Assembly (NCBI GenBank): GCA_964035545.1 | Contig: OZ037766.1 | Coordinates: 30,432,773-30,496,772, forward strand | Length of the DNA: 64,000 bases | DNA from: Bugula neritina | Lineage: Eukaryota > Animalia > Bryozoa | Direction of reading: 5' to 3' | Shown: one piece after another, positions 26,196 through 40,200 of the stretch | Position numbering within the stretch: position 1 is the stretch's first letter | Layout: each line of letters begins with the position of its first letter | Notes under the pieces: model-generated | Told to the model about the DNA's origin: nothing | The model's database searches: none | Seen by the model: the letters and a program-made list of their open reading frames with translations, nothing else | Translations under genes and position numbers: made by a program

Positions 26196-29100
26196 CTACA
26201 ACTTTTCTGGAAACATCATAATTGTGCTCTTACTCTCCAGAGGAAGTAAAGCGTCTGCCATTGCCTGAGTTTGTAGGGAGATAAGACCACCTAAAATGGA
26301 CACATATTATAAAGTGTCATCTCTATAAGTATTACTGGGAGGATGTATTTTTTTCAATCCTAATATTATTGTTTATGTTAGTTTACGATATTTGTTTGTT
26401 TATGTCAGTAATTCAGGCAATGAAACTAAATATGGAAAATTAGATGACAATTCATCTTCATTTAATATTTGCTTTCAAACATTAGCTATACATATAATAT
26501 ACACAGCTTCACTACCATAATAATCTGCTTGCAACACTCACGCAAGTTTATAGTCGCTATCCCTGTGAGAAACCCCTGATAGAAAGGGTTTTTGTTAGAA
26601 CGGGCTAAGGACATGTTCAAATGAGGCACAGGAGCAATTATGACTGGATGCTCTTCCTAACATCACCAATGGCCTTTGTCGGGGTTTGAACCCACGACTT
26701 CGTGTTCACAAAGCGAACGCTCTAACCCCTAGACCACGGCTGCTCCCTAATCTGCTTGCAACACTGATCTACGTTTAAGATTTCTTACAAATTATAATCT
26801 ATAATAATCAGACTTTACACATGCTGCTTCAATTAAAATAAAATTCCTCTAATTTTATGTTTTAAACAAATTATTACAATAAAAGTACAACAGTTTTACC
26901 CAATGCCAGCCTCACATATAATCACCAAACATGTATTAGTGTTGACATTTTAACAACACAATAAATGTTAAATAATAAGAATAATATAATCAATATATCA
27001 ATCAAATAAAATAATAGAATAGGGAACTATTTCCAACCTGAATACAAAAATAAGATTCGTCTCCCCTTGAACACTTCAGGTTTGTTCTGTAGAAGCTGAC
27101 TGAAGCCGTAGGCAGCTTTGCCTGTGTATGCGTTGTCCAATAAAATACCGGTTTCGTGAGCTGTGCGTACAATGTACTCTACAACATTATACACACAAGT
27201 ACACTGACAAGTGAGATATTGAAAGGTATCAGTAGAAACAACACGTGTCAGAGTTATATATGTTATATATCCATAACTTGTATAACATCATGCCTCAATG
27301 TTTTATCTCCTCGTAATGTCAAGGTCGTACACTCACCTAACTGATAGAGTGTCAAGGTCGTCTACTCACCTAACTGATAGAATGTCAAGGTCGTATACTC
27401 ACCTAACTGATATGGATAGTTTTCACAGTAAGCAGGTCCCTTGTAATCCTCATACATGGTGACCAAATCTTCACTCCTCACTCCAGTTATACCCAGAGAC
27501 TGCATGTTCTCATTGATTTCATTGTGCATGAATTTGCTGTCTGCACATACAAGTATCCCGTGGCATCTGCATCGTATTATCGTATTATAGTAATACATAT
27601 ACAGTGTTATAGTATTACAGTATTATAGTATTATAGTATTACAGTATTATAGTAATACGTATACAGTGTTATAGTAATACATATACAGTATCACATACAA
27701 TAATTTTATATAAAGTATTATTTGCAGCAAGCACTGTAGGTGTGCCTACAATATTATACAGGCTTGCAAAGACTTGATCTATTCAAAGTGATGCACTTTT
27801 CTAACTATTAAATTTTGATTTCCAAAACTATCTGGAAGAACAACATTGCAGTAATACTCAGATAATAATGAGAAATATCTGCAATATGGATTTCGACCGC
27901 AATTTATTCTTTTTAAAATAATATTGTTCAATATGTCTGATTGCCTATGAATAAAGAGTAATAAGAAACAAATTTCCAGTCTTTTTACAAGTTTGACTTC
28001 TTTTACCATTAGTTTTCGTGTCAAAATAATCGAAGAGAAAGCATGTATTCCTCAAATGGAATGCCCAAAGGTCATAAGGTCACGTAGTCGAGAGACGAGA
28101 CTTACTTGTAGGGTTGTCCTGCCAGATAATTAGCTATAGTTAGTCCTGCAACAGTTCCCCCTGTAGCGCAGGTAACCACCACATCATCAAACTCTATTCC
28201 CTGCAACAAGTAAACACTCAACCATACTAAGAATCTCAACAACTTGTCTGAAATTCCTTTTAATTAAAATATTTTTTTTGCAATTGATTATTTCATACAG
28301 CAGAAAAACTGGTCATATTAAGGTAAAAACAGGTCAGGAATTTACGTGCCTCCTGATTTCTTACCTGTCTACTGATTTCTTACCTGGCTCCTGATTTCAT
28401 CAAAGCACTGAATGAACCCCCATAGACCAATCTCATCAGATCCACCTGTAGACACCAGTTTTGACTTCTCACCAGTCTCTCTCCTAAATAGATGTCCCCA
28501 AGAACAGGTTTCTTAATTATGTTATACATAACTGCAGAGTATTAATTCAGTTTAGCATTCGTCACGTATATCTAGGGTGAAGCAAGAACTAATGCTAGTT
28601 TTCTAAAATGATTTTTTTTCTAAAACTTAGGTTTGATGACGCAAGTTCTCAATTAAATTAGAATATCTCTTTATATGGTAATTGCAGTTTAGAAGCTAAA
28701 GATACCATAACAGTTCAACATAATTCAGGATTTTAACCTAGCTCCAATGTTATCACCAGGTTAAGGAGAGGTTCACTTGAAAGCCCTGACAACCAACAGT
28801 CTAAAGTGAAAAAGCTAGAATGGGAGAACTCACTCTATTTTGTCAGCTAACATTTGCATCCTGGGTTTGATATAGTCCTTGTAGCCTCTAGGTCTAGGGA
28901 CTAGGTATATATTAGCACCACAGAGTCTGTTGATGAACAGGTTTCCATCGTATTTTACTTTAGACACATCCTACAACAGTGAAGGTGACAATGTAACCAG
29001 TGTTAGTATATCTACAGCTATATGCAGCACTACATGCAGTGTCTTAGTTTTATAGAACAACTCTGTAATGCAGACATTGCTAGCTTCAGACAACTGCATG

Positions 29101-31653
29101 ACAAAAGCTAATTAATCATTATTTTATATTTTTGCTGTCATCGCATTTCATCATCTTTTTTATACAAATGTAAGTGTATTGCATCAGCAGTTTACAAACA
29201 GTTAAATAGCCAATAGTTTTCTGTAGCATGTACAGCTATGTGCAACATGCACTGTTATCTGTAACATGCGCATGATTGTAGTGTGCTATATAATATGCAT
29301 TACAAACATAGGATCTACATAGGCTATTTATTAAGATCTATAATATCTACGTAGTACTATAATTTACACTATATACCTAGATCTAATACTGTTCTATAAA
29401 CTATGTACTTACATCTAAATAACTCTCGAGGAACAAATGACTTTTTAGCCCAAGTTCTGCACACGCAGCTGCTGTGGCTCTGCAGTGGTTACTCTCAGAC
29501 GTGCCGCAAGTTATAATGTGTTTGCATCCTTTCTGAATAGCATCAGCTATGATGAACTCCAACTTTCTTATCTACAATCAAATACATTCATTTTGTACAA
29601 GACAAGGTGAGTCTAATATAATATAAGTTCAACTAGTGTACAACAAACAGTCTAGTAGAAGGTGTAAGAAGACTGCAGAAGGCAATTGTTTTATCTCATT
29701 TACCACAGAAGTCTTCTCGGAACTTCTCTGGCTCTCATCCTTGAGATCAAAGGTCAAAAGATGAATAAACTAATCAAACTAGTTTGCGTCGCCAGTCATT
29801 GCATGTTGTCAAGAAAACAGATTTCAAAACATGGAGCTTAATTTCTATTGATTGAAAATCATTACATTATTTGTTTCTAGCTTGTCTGAATGATCTACAG
29901 TAAGTTGATTGGAACTTCTGAAAATGTGAGAACATTGCGAGGAGAAACCTGTTGTTTGTAGCAGACATTAAGGCAGAATTGATATTCATATATTTAGTTT
30001 GTCTATTAGAGATGCAATTAAGTGATAGTCCCTTCAATTGTTTATGTTTCATCAACACAATTTAGTAAATCAACTTAATACATGGCTATATTTTCCTGGA
30101 CTCACGGGTGAAGTGACTGCTCAGTTTAGCTATTCACTATGATGAACAGAAACCTGTTGCAACATGTCATAACATTGACATTGATCATGTGAAGTGTTAA
30201 CTGAAAGCAGAGCTGTTAGCCTTAACATTGGCGAATCTTAAGGAGCTGCTAGTAAGACTAGTGCAAGTTTGGTTTTAATTTATCACATGCATGGAGTATA
30301 TCACATGGTAATAGTTTAAAGTACAACTTTGCTTGATACTGTTACTGTGAACAATTTTCATAAATTCACTCATAGACATATGCACACCAACAGTGTCCTT
30401 CATTGTTTAAAATGAAACTAATTGAAAAAGTTGTCCATATTTTATTGATAACAGATGGCAACTTGCCAAAATCTAGTTTAAATCAAATTGTCTTCAAAAC
30501 AAATTAGAGTACTGTGTAACATCTGTATGAATCGTTGCTCAAAGATGCTTTTAGCAAAAAAGGTGTGAGCAAAGGCAAGCCAATGACATTTCAGCAATTC
30601 TTGAAGGCTTAGACTGAGTGAATAGAACTGTAATTTTACAAGATGAACTGGATTGGTTACTCCCTAAACGCCATGAAGCATTCTTACAATTTGAACCTGT
30701 TGATAGAAGGTTTGTGGTTGGCTACACTATAAAATACATAAAGTAATGTCTCTCTAACAAGGCATTTGATTGGACGTTACCTTAGTTCCTGTAAGTGAAC
30801 ATCCAGTTAAATCATCTCTTTTAATATAAACTTCTACATCTTTAGGTGCTCCTGGAAGTGCCCACCTTGTGATCGGCGTTGGAGTCATTGTCAGCTGAAA
30901 CAAAATCATGACGTAGATATCAATAGTGTGAACAGTAAGACAGTGCTTGAACATTTCTTCCACATAATATCTTTATAGTAGGGTAAACCTATAAGTCAGA
31001 TGATATGAGAAAGTGCTAGCCAAGGTGAGGGATATTTTTATAGCTATTTTGTTAGGTTCAAGGGTGGAGCATTCTATAATCATGATAGAATAGTCTAGCA
31101 TTGGAGTTACTGAAGGGCCACAACTCCTAGCCACTAAAGCCCTCTGGCTAAGATATGCACCTCTTTCTAATAAACATCAGACTGTAAATTAATGTTTCCA
31201 TTCCAAAGGTGTAGTTCACTTTGTTCAGAGCGCATGAAGGGACAAACCCTGGGATATTTACTAACTTAGAATTTAGGTGATTGCGCATTATTTTCGTATT
31301 TATAAAGAAATTAAAATGGTGCATCTTTTTAACTAATAAAAAAGGAATGACTTTAGTACATGCCAAGCTATACAGTATTGGATTGAGTAAACACAAGATT
31401 TTTCAGTATCAAATATAAAGTTATAGTAATACAGCATTGAATTGTTTGCTGTGTTGTAAAACACTAACATTTCTGTTGGTTGCAAATGAAAGTGACAATA
31501 TACTAACATTGAAACAACCATTTAGGAGTAACTTATTTTGAGAAAAGCCTGAGCAACTATTGCGTTTGGGCTTACGTTTAATTTTCCTGAGGGGATGTAC
31601 TTGAGTGCCCGTGCCCATTCCGGTGCTCTGTAAGGAAGAACTTTGTGAATCAT
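26196..31653 (-). CDS. D-cysteine desulfhydrase-like PLP enzyme, divergent paralog D, 360 aa
   Basis: Exons 31576-31653 (MIHKVLPYRAPEWARALKYIPSGKLN), 30781-30894, 29413-29571, 28834-28970, 28384-28483, 28106-28200, 27403-27566, 27038-27178, 26196-26290, with the same intron positions and phases as B and C. Motifs: IKRDDLTG..TGTKIRKLEF, SNHCRATA, TCATGGT, DNAYTGKA, YSGG. Confidence 0.9.
26539..26747 (-). mobile_element. tRNA-derived SINE, 209 bp, in intron 8 of paralog D
   Basis: The minus-strand head has a Pol III A box (TGGTCTAGGGG) and B box (GGTTCAAACCC). It is flanked by an exact 18-bp TSD, TAATCTGCTTGCAACACT, at 26521-26538 and 26748-26765. Confidence 0.85.
27315..27412 (-). repeat. 33-bp triplication of the paralog D exon 7 donor site
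   Basis: Minus-strand unit TATCAGTTAG|GTGAGT..ACGACCTTGACA.TC, with GT donors at 27401-2, 27368-9 and 27335-6. Confidence 0.9.
27574..27695. repeat. AT-rich 8-mer-based repeat (AGTATTAT/AGTAATAC) next to the paralog D exon 7 acceptor
   Basis: Visible periodic tatagtattacagtattatagta run. Confidence 0.65.
28342..28398 (-). repeat. 19-bp triplication of the paralog D exon 5 donor site
   Basis: Minus strand GAAATCAGGAGCCAG|GTAAGAAATCAGTAGACAG|GTAAGAAATCAGGAGGCAC|GTAA, with GT at 28382-3, 28363-4 and 28344-5. Confidence 0.8.
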
Positions 31654-34246
31654 TCTCTCTCCTCCTTTCTGTCTTTCTGCTCCAACACAGAGACTCTATG
31701 CAAGGCAACTTACTGGCACCTATAAACAAATATAAAATTCAGGGAATAAAATAAAAACCAAGGATTCTAAAAACACAAGCTGGAAATTTTAAAACCCAAT
31801 TGTATCTTTTCTTTCACATGTCAAGAAAATTTTATAAACAATTTCAAAAAAAGAATATTGAAATAACTTTACTTAAAATTTGTAAATTAAGGGAAGGAGT
31901 TAGACTTAAAATAACTCTTATATGTCATTATATGAACTTGATTGTAGAAAGTGTGTGGAACATTAGAATGTTCGCACAATTGTGTTCCATAGAGCATAGC
32001 TATAAAGTGTTAGTCATAAGTTCTAGATAGCAAACGCAGCCAAGACTCTATGTCAATAATTTGGTTATATTGGAGTTTAATGTGGTTTTTTGATCACTAA
32101 GAATTACCAGTGACTAATTAGCATATTAGTGCTGGGTTACTGAACCTCACTCAACCAGTCTATTAATCTACATGTATAATACCGAGCTAAAAATAACCAC
32201 TTTACAATATTTCTTATCTATCTTGGAATTCCCCAAATAACATTACAAAAACAAACCACGCAATCAGCTGTATGTATTAGTACTTGACCCATAAACAAAT
32301 TTGATTAAATCATTCAACACCTCAAGCCTATAGCTATCAGAGTTCACTGTTTGCCTGTCATGGAAAATTTCTATCACTTACTTCAATTCTGATGGAATAT
32401 CACTAAGGATGTGATAAAGTTGAAAACTATCCAAATAATGCAGGTTCTGCAGCCCAATGTCGTTAGCCAACAATCTAAATGTTATCACACCGCTGTACGA
32501 AATATCAAATGAACTTTCAACAGTCTAATTATAGATTGTAGCTTTGAAGTAACAGGACTGCAGCGTTAAGGTATATTTCAACAGCTCAACCAAATAAGAG
32601 CTGAAATACAATCTCTATCAACTAATACATGCTACAGCAACTAGTTATGAGCTGTCTAAATTCTTTAAGTTCTTGATTAGTGAAAAACCGGGGTATGTGT
32701 ATGACCAAATTGAACAGAGCTTAATGTACATACACCTGGTACACAATAAGACTAATTTAAATTGAGAGACTACCTCATTGCTCAGAAAGTAACACTATAC
32801 CTGTTCCAACAAGACAGAATAACAATAAAAATACCACAATGTTATTGAGCTATACATGTAAAGCAAATTAGCTAACTACTAATTACTATAGTCAGGGATA
32901 TGATCAATGAACAGTTAGCAGTGGTCCACTTACTAGCAGTAAACAAGTATGTATGTACTTTATCTAAGATAATACTAGCTGACGATATTTGTGATAGCGC
33001 AATAAGGCCAAGGCTTTGGCCTGCAATTATCCTGCACAATATTAGTAAAAGCTTCATAGTTAGGCTTCTGATAAACAGAGTAGAGTATATATACTATATA
33101 GTCATCCTATGTATACAGTACAGAGTGGAAATAACTACCCACACCGAAAACTGAACCTAAAACTTCTAATTTGCACAACACTACACAAAGTAGTGATGTG
33201 TTTACAGTGTAGAGTAGTGATTTGTGTATAGTAAAGTCTTGAATAGTGGTTTGCAAAGAACATCTGCAGGAGTGACTTTTAGCAATTGACTGGTTTAACT
33301 CACGCACTAATTGTAAAAGCACCTCGTATAGTCATTATGAATGCAATAATTTCTACTAATGCTACTAATAATACGGTATTGTCAAGATCACAAAAGCAAT
33401 GCTTATGGATGAATTACAAAAAGTATAAGTATGACTATGACTATAACTATAAGTATAAGTATTACTATTAGTGCAGTAGGTAACTGAGAAGTGACACTAA
33501 CAGTAGGTACCTTAACTGGGCATGGACTAATAACTGGTATGACTATCAGCTCTATATATACTTACAGAGTATCAGCCCAACGTTTAGTGTTATATCAATA
33601 TGAATATGCCGTGCAGTGCGACTACTTACTCCTGGAAATTATTGAAAGCAACTGCAAGCTACTGCAACGTGCTAACTAATGCTAACTGCTAACTTCCCTT
33701 CCAACAATCGGCATATCCATTCTTTTGTTTGCTCGCCGCCAGCAAACCGGTTCATACTAGTTGAGGAAAGCCGCTATGCACTTAAATGATTGTGGGCGCG
33801 GCTGTAGTCTAACCAATCAGGGATTAGAGTGTTGATCATAATAAACAAAAATAAACGTGGTAATAAGTGCGCAAAACACGTATTAGCCCTGGAGTAAAAA
33901 GTGCTTTCAGTTGTGAACATAGTTGTTGTTGAAACTGATCCAGCAAAATCAGATAAATAAAGAAAAAAGTGTTTCTATTTTTTTAATATTGAATGCTCAT
34001 TTTTAATAAGCTGTAAGCAATAATGGCTATATTTTCAAAGCAGGCAGATAATGTTTCAGTAATACAAGGCTAGGAATAAGGACCAGTTTGCGTATAGATT
34101 GTAATTTGTGCATAGAAATTCTGTGAAAACACTTGATTGGTTGATGTGGTTTCTCATACAGACCGCAAGTCTAATTGATTAATACTATAGTAGTAGCATA
34201 ATTTCTCTTTATATAAATACATCTACAGTACATTCTATTGGTTGAT

Positions 34247-37200
34247 TTAATAATAGTACGGTTTCTCTTTAGAAATACAGACAGCACATCTGATTGGCTG
34301 ATTTTTAGCAGCAGTGGTTTCTCTGTACCCATGACTCATGAAGGTAAGTTTAAAATTGGAGCTCATAGAAAGAGTCTTATTGGAATCTGAAACAGTTATC
34401 TGTTGGTCCATGCAGATGGGGTCAGAGGTCGCGCTTGAGTTAACTGAAACTGATGTCATCAGGTAGCCGTTGTAAGCCAATGTCCAATGGGAGCTTTGAT
34501 TACAATGATCCCATCCAATCACTGTAAACTAAACAAAAACATGGTTGTTGAAACACATGTATGCAAGCGCAACACTGCAGAGGTTATTATGATGCAATGT
34601 TAAAGTTTGTTATCAATTTAAAGAATTAGTAATGGGCTAGTACATGCAACCCCTTCTAGCTCAACAACTACTGATCTGTCACACAATAATAATTAAAGAT
34701 AGTTTTGTTGACACTGAGTAAAAATGATTAACAAATAGCTACATGTTTCTAACAATGCAGTGATAACAATAATTCCTTACAAATAATGTTTTAATGGTAA
34801 AACTTTATTGCATTCTGTTACATGGCTTACTCCCTTGCTAGTTGTGTAGAGAAGGTGTAGTTACTTACTGATCTTGTTCTGAAGTCATGACAGAGAGAGC
34901 AGCTGACGGAGCTGTATGTTTTATTTTCAGTTATTGTAGTGTTTTCAGAAAGGAGATGGAATATTTCTTGCGTTTGTGAGTTGATCTTTAGTATCTCCAG
35001 CTTGGGAGAGTCTTCCAGGTGTGTGGAGTTGATTGTCATATTGTCAGCTACCTGATCCATGGCTGGAACGCAACTCAGTGACTGGATGTTTGGTGAACCG
35101 GCTATATAACCTTCAAACCCAAAGAGTTGCCTTATAGTTACTACACAATCATTCTTTAATTATTAATTGAAGAAATGGGCCATCAAAATACAAAGTGTTA
35201 TTCTGTGTTATCATTTACAGATTAAAGAAAGTTGTTATTAATATAAAGACTTGTTAGATTTAGTTTAGTTTTTACACTGAGCCACAAAATGTTAAATTTT
35301 GCTTCATTTGATTTAATTTATTTAGTTGATAATAGTTTAATATACTAGTTTTGTTTAAATTTGTTAATGCTATGATTGCTATAAAATTTGGCACAGTCAC
35401 ACTTTTAAATAAGCAAATAACTTTCAAATTCAATGTCTTCTGGTGCACCATTAGAGATTTTGAGGTTGCTATAAAAAATATATGGATTAGTTAAAGATCA
35501 GTTCATATTAAAGTAACACTCAGCCTTAACTCATTTTCTTTTGCAACGATAAAAAATCACGATGCTATTTATTATAAATTTAACAAAGTTTATGATCAAA
35601 AGTATGTTCTAATAAAAAGTCATTAAAAAAATATTGTCCTGAATACTCAGCTCATCAATTTATAAACCCACAAGTTCAAAATCTTCTTTTAATAAAAAAA
35701 TTTTTTTAATAAAAAATACACCAGCATTTAATTTTATGATAAATCAAGTTTGAGCTAGAGCAAGTAAAACTGATATTCCGTACATAATTGAAACACAAGC
35801 AAGGACCTCATAGTCTAAGGGAAATGTTCATTTGGAAAAAATAACTATATTATATTCATATTATAAATATAGCTTTATGTACACACCAGCTACCACAATA
35901 ATTCTCCCTTGATTCGTTACTAGGGAAAGTAATTTTAAATATGTACATGCAAATTAAATATAATGCTTTATATTGCGAAGAGTACTGTATAATTATATTG
36001 TAATTTATCAATAAGATAGCGCATTATGTAGTGTTCAACCTAAATGATAACTTCGAAAATGCAGCATGTTCTTAAATTAGTACTATACAGGATTTGTCTT
36101 CCCTTACCTGTGTAGATATTCCAACCCTCGTTGCAGCTTGGTTTTCCCCAATGAATATATGTGACATCATCAGACCCTGAAAGCATAATATAATATTATA
36201 CAAAGTAAGCACTGCAGTACATGATAATAGCAAATAGCAAATCAGGTGGCAAAAGAAATATTTTCACAACTTCAATTAACAAATAACCGTCTGTATGGGT
36301 ACAGAGTTTACAGCTCAAATTAAATCTGTAAAAAATAAAGCTGACAAATGTATTTCTAAACAGAAATTTTATTGTTTCATAAAAGATACATAGCGCCTCA
36401 GGTTGCTAAGGTATTAGGGAAAAACTGTTTTTAGCTTATTTGTTGTTAATATTTGATGAGCTGTCAATTACGCAAAAGTATATTTTTATTAAAAAGAAAA
36501 AACTATATTATCACTATAATTAATGTGAATGTGAAATTTTTTACGACACTTATGTAAACTACCTTACCAACACTGTCAACAGGTGCTCTTCCATAGATAT
36601 CAGAAAATGTTTCTCCTACAACACAAACACAGTCGTGGGATTGAAAACACATCATGTATAATGCTGTCAGCAAGCATTCTTGTAGACTTTCATGTGCATG
36701 GGTTTTTATTAAAGAATGTTAATAAAAAGTATTCATGAATTATATTTAATATCTATTTATGAATACAAGTTATAATGTAATACAGATGGCAAGGTCTAAG
36801 TATATAGGTACAGTTGGGAGGCTGTGAATTCTAAATAAAAAATAATATAGTAAAATTCATATAGATAGAATTCATAAAACTAATTAAACTTCATTGGAGC
36901 ATTTACAGTTACTTTCTGCACTTGAGTGAAAAAGTCTGACTCACCAGTTACTTGAGCCTTGAACCCTCGAGCACTGACAGCGTGGTCAGATTTAAACAGG
37001 ATGTACAGAGGCCCATCATACACTATGTCAGGGACATCGACGTTGCTCCCGCAATATGAACCCAATAGTGGTCCCTTACTACTTCCACCTCTTACCTATG
37101 AAAAATATTACGAGGGAGATTACTCTACACTCTATGGTGATGAATAATAAACCTTGCCATATAAATTCTGCAGAGAATGTTGTATATAAACTTCATTACA

Positions 37201-40200
37201 TTGTTCGAATATGCTCACCTAAGAACACAGTTTCAGTAAAAAAATGTATAACTGCAAAAGCCGTAAGCTGTCAATAAAACTGAATATTAAACCTAAATCG
37301 AAATGGCATTATTTCAAGTACACACACTTTTTACAGCTTTTATGTAGTCATCAGTATTAAATAGGGTTTATTAAATGTTGAATTGGTATTAGAGGTAAGC
37401 AAATTAAGTAAAGCATTCGAAATACGTATTATAGCCTAAATAAATTATTCAAACAATTTTAAAAATATTTTATAATTAGTGACTCACTTCTATGACATCA
37501 TAGGAGCATTTCCTGTGATGTTCCAAATCCAAAGCAATGAGAAACTTTAGCCTCAGGACTTTGTTCAGAGCTCTAGAGCTCTGTAGTTCATCAAGTGAGT
37601 CTGAGTAGAGATCAGGGTCAGGGTAGGAGAGGACAAACAGCCACTCGCACCGAGAGTTAGATGGGTACTGGGAGGGGTGGTTAGGAGATTGTAGCTCATA
37701 CGTCTTACTGTCATTGAGTCGGTCTACGTGGATGGTACCTCCACATGGGTGCTTCACTGTAAATATATCAGGGTTTGAGAAAGAGGTGTCTTGGCATCAA
37801 AGGTGAAAGTTTAAACTCAGACCACTGGCAGCTACCAGGAACAACTGGCAGACACATTTATAATAAGGGTCTTCACACATCATACTTGTTGTAATTTATA
37901 GCTTTAAAAACTTTAAATATCGAAATCATCTTCAGTTATGATCAAAGCTATACCTTAAACCTTTCACCCAATGAAAATGAGTGTTTTTAATGTGTACTGA
38001 AAATAAAAGGACATGGTGGTTTCATTCATTTATGTGACTGTAGATGTCTCATCAGTCTGCTTATTTGGTTGCTCATAGACATGTTATTCTGCTGGTATAG
38101 CAGTCAATCATTATACGAGTTGGAAGAGCTATATTATTTTGGTAAGCTTGTCCTTCAGGTCTGTAAACCTATCACTTCATTTGTTAAAGTAGTAAGAGAT
38201 GCCAGGATAAACAAAATACAAGTTGTTACTGTAACTTGTGAAGTAGACAGTGGTGTTATTCAGCTGTCTCAAAGCATGACAATCTCTGTTGTAACATTTG
38301 ACTGAAAACACATCTAGTGTCAACTACATGTGTTAGCTTTTAAAGCAGAGTAAATAAACTAAAACCACTATAACCTGGCTTGAGCTTGAGGTAAATGCAG
38401 ATATATTTGTGTTTCTCCTAGGACCTTGGCTAGTGCGATTAAAGAAGCAAGCACATTTGGATAAAAGCTACCTAAACATTATGTTTAACAAAAGTGAGCT
38501 AATTTTCCGCGAACAGTGAAATTTCACACCGCTGGCAATGTTAATCACAAGTTCATGTAAACAACAGCTAAAACAACTCCAATTTGCATAACATGTCACA
38601 ATATTATGGCCTAATATTTAAATAGCTTTCCGATGATTCTAAACTATAAACTAAAATTTATAAACAAGCCAAGTTTTACTCAACAGATTGGAAGTACCCA
38701 TGCCAGAAAGCTTTAGCGGGGCTATATTATGTTTGAGTAACTTTATAGGAAATATCATTTCACCTCTTTGTAACATTTTGGTCAAAAAACAAAACATACG
38801 AAAATACAAATATTTGCATGCAGCAATTAGAACATCAAGTAAATGTTAAAGCTACCTGAAACTTCAGCTCTGAAACCTTTCTCGTTGACAATAAAGTCAG
38901 ATTTGAAGTGAACAAAGAGTGACCCTTGATACTCTATGGCTGGTATAGTCTTGTTCTGACCACAGTATTGACCAATCAGGGGGCCCTCAGGTCCATCCTT
39001 CCTTACCTGTGCAGTAAAAACAAAGCTCAAACTATACATTAACTTATTACGGGCATTGTAAGTATATTGAAAAGTTTAGGAAACATTAATACTTATTAGT
39101 TATTATATAGGTGTTTGCAATATTATTTTGTGTTTAATCACATTGCTGATAAAATCCTAATGGCAGCAAAACTGCGAAGAAAGCAGTTCTTGCAATGTTA
39201 AATTTAACGCAGACGGACACATTTACTTCCTGTTTGAGTACTCACTGACCTCTAGCATGTCATAGGAACACTTTTTCTCATTCTCTAAATTCACGCTGCC
39301 CTGAAAGTTAATCGTCAAAGTGGTTTTCATATCCTGTGAGTTAGAGACTAGGAAGTACCACTTGCAGTCCTGATTGGGGAGGTATTGGTCAGGGTAGCCT
39401 TGAGATTCGATCATTATGGTTCTAATGCTATTCTGATTCATATCATATGTGGCACCGCAGCTTTCTTTGGTTGCTGAAACCAAGCAGTAGTCAAACAGTG
39501 AGAGAATATAATGTCTACATAAATATTATATGGGTCATTTTACTTAATTTAGTACACACTGGAAATTTCCAGCTTTTAGCTATTTTCACAATTTAACTGC
39601 TAATGAACATGGTTTTTTGCCCAAAACTAGTAAAATATAAATGAACACACCTAAATAATCAAGGTTGTTCTTAATTTTGCTTGATTTCCCATGTTTTTTC
39701 CTAATTCAGCTACTTTCGATTTCGGACCGTTACAAAAAACACAGTTTTACATACCTATAGCACCTCATGTAGGAGAGAACAACTCTACGACTAGCTCAAC
39801 CAGACATCTACTGAGCTAAGCAATACCAATTCTAGTATTTTTTTATTACAATAATTGCAACCTGCATTGCTAACTTATCAATAATGCAGTGGTTACAGCA
39901 AAATGCCTGCATCTATAGTTATCATTTAACAAGCTGGTGGTATATAACCTGTATGCATGGAGCAGTGAAATTAAATGAGAATACAGTTAATTTGTCTAAC
40001 TTTAGTAGTTTAAAATTTATGCCAATGTATCCTTTATCATAGTATGAGTTTGAAGTGAGCCACTAGATGCATGTTAGTAATATAGATTAGTGCTTGCTTT
40101 AAGTTTTCTTTTAGTTTTAGAGCAAGGAGTTGTTAAATAACTATAAATATTTTAGACTAATTCCTGTAATATACATAAAACAGCAAAGATTGTACATTTA

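Noticed and set aside
26196-26207. C-terminal EKL of paralog D as a peroxisomal PTS1
   Set aside because: It does not fit the [SAC][KRH]L consensus, and there is no supporting evidence.
26670-26747. tRNA gene calls here and at 53729-53802
   Set aside because: The stems pair poorly. The first is embedded in a TSD-flanked 209-bp element, so both are better read as SINE heads.
3571-31653. Calling the PLP enzymes true ACC deaminases, or a recent bacterial HGT or contamination
   Set aside because: They lack the ACC-deaminase Glu (DPVYE) and Leu (HLGG) signature. They carry eight shared spliceosomal introns and are interleaved with animal genes. An ancient origin cannot be judged without a phylogeny.
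38170-38417. Extra exons between CUB1 and CUB2 (43-nt GETQIY.. segment; VKCYNRDC..FNK* segment)
   Set aside because: The first breaks the phase and the second ends in a stop. CUB1 splices in phase directly to CUB2. An alternative terminal exon cannot be supported without cDNA.
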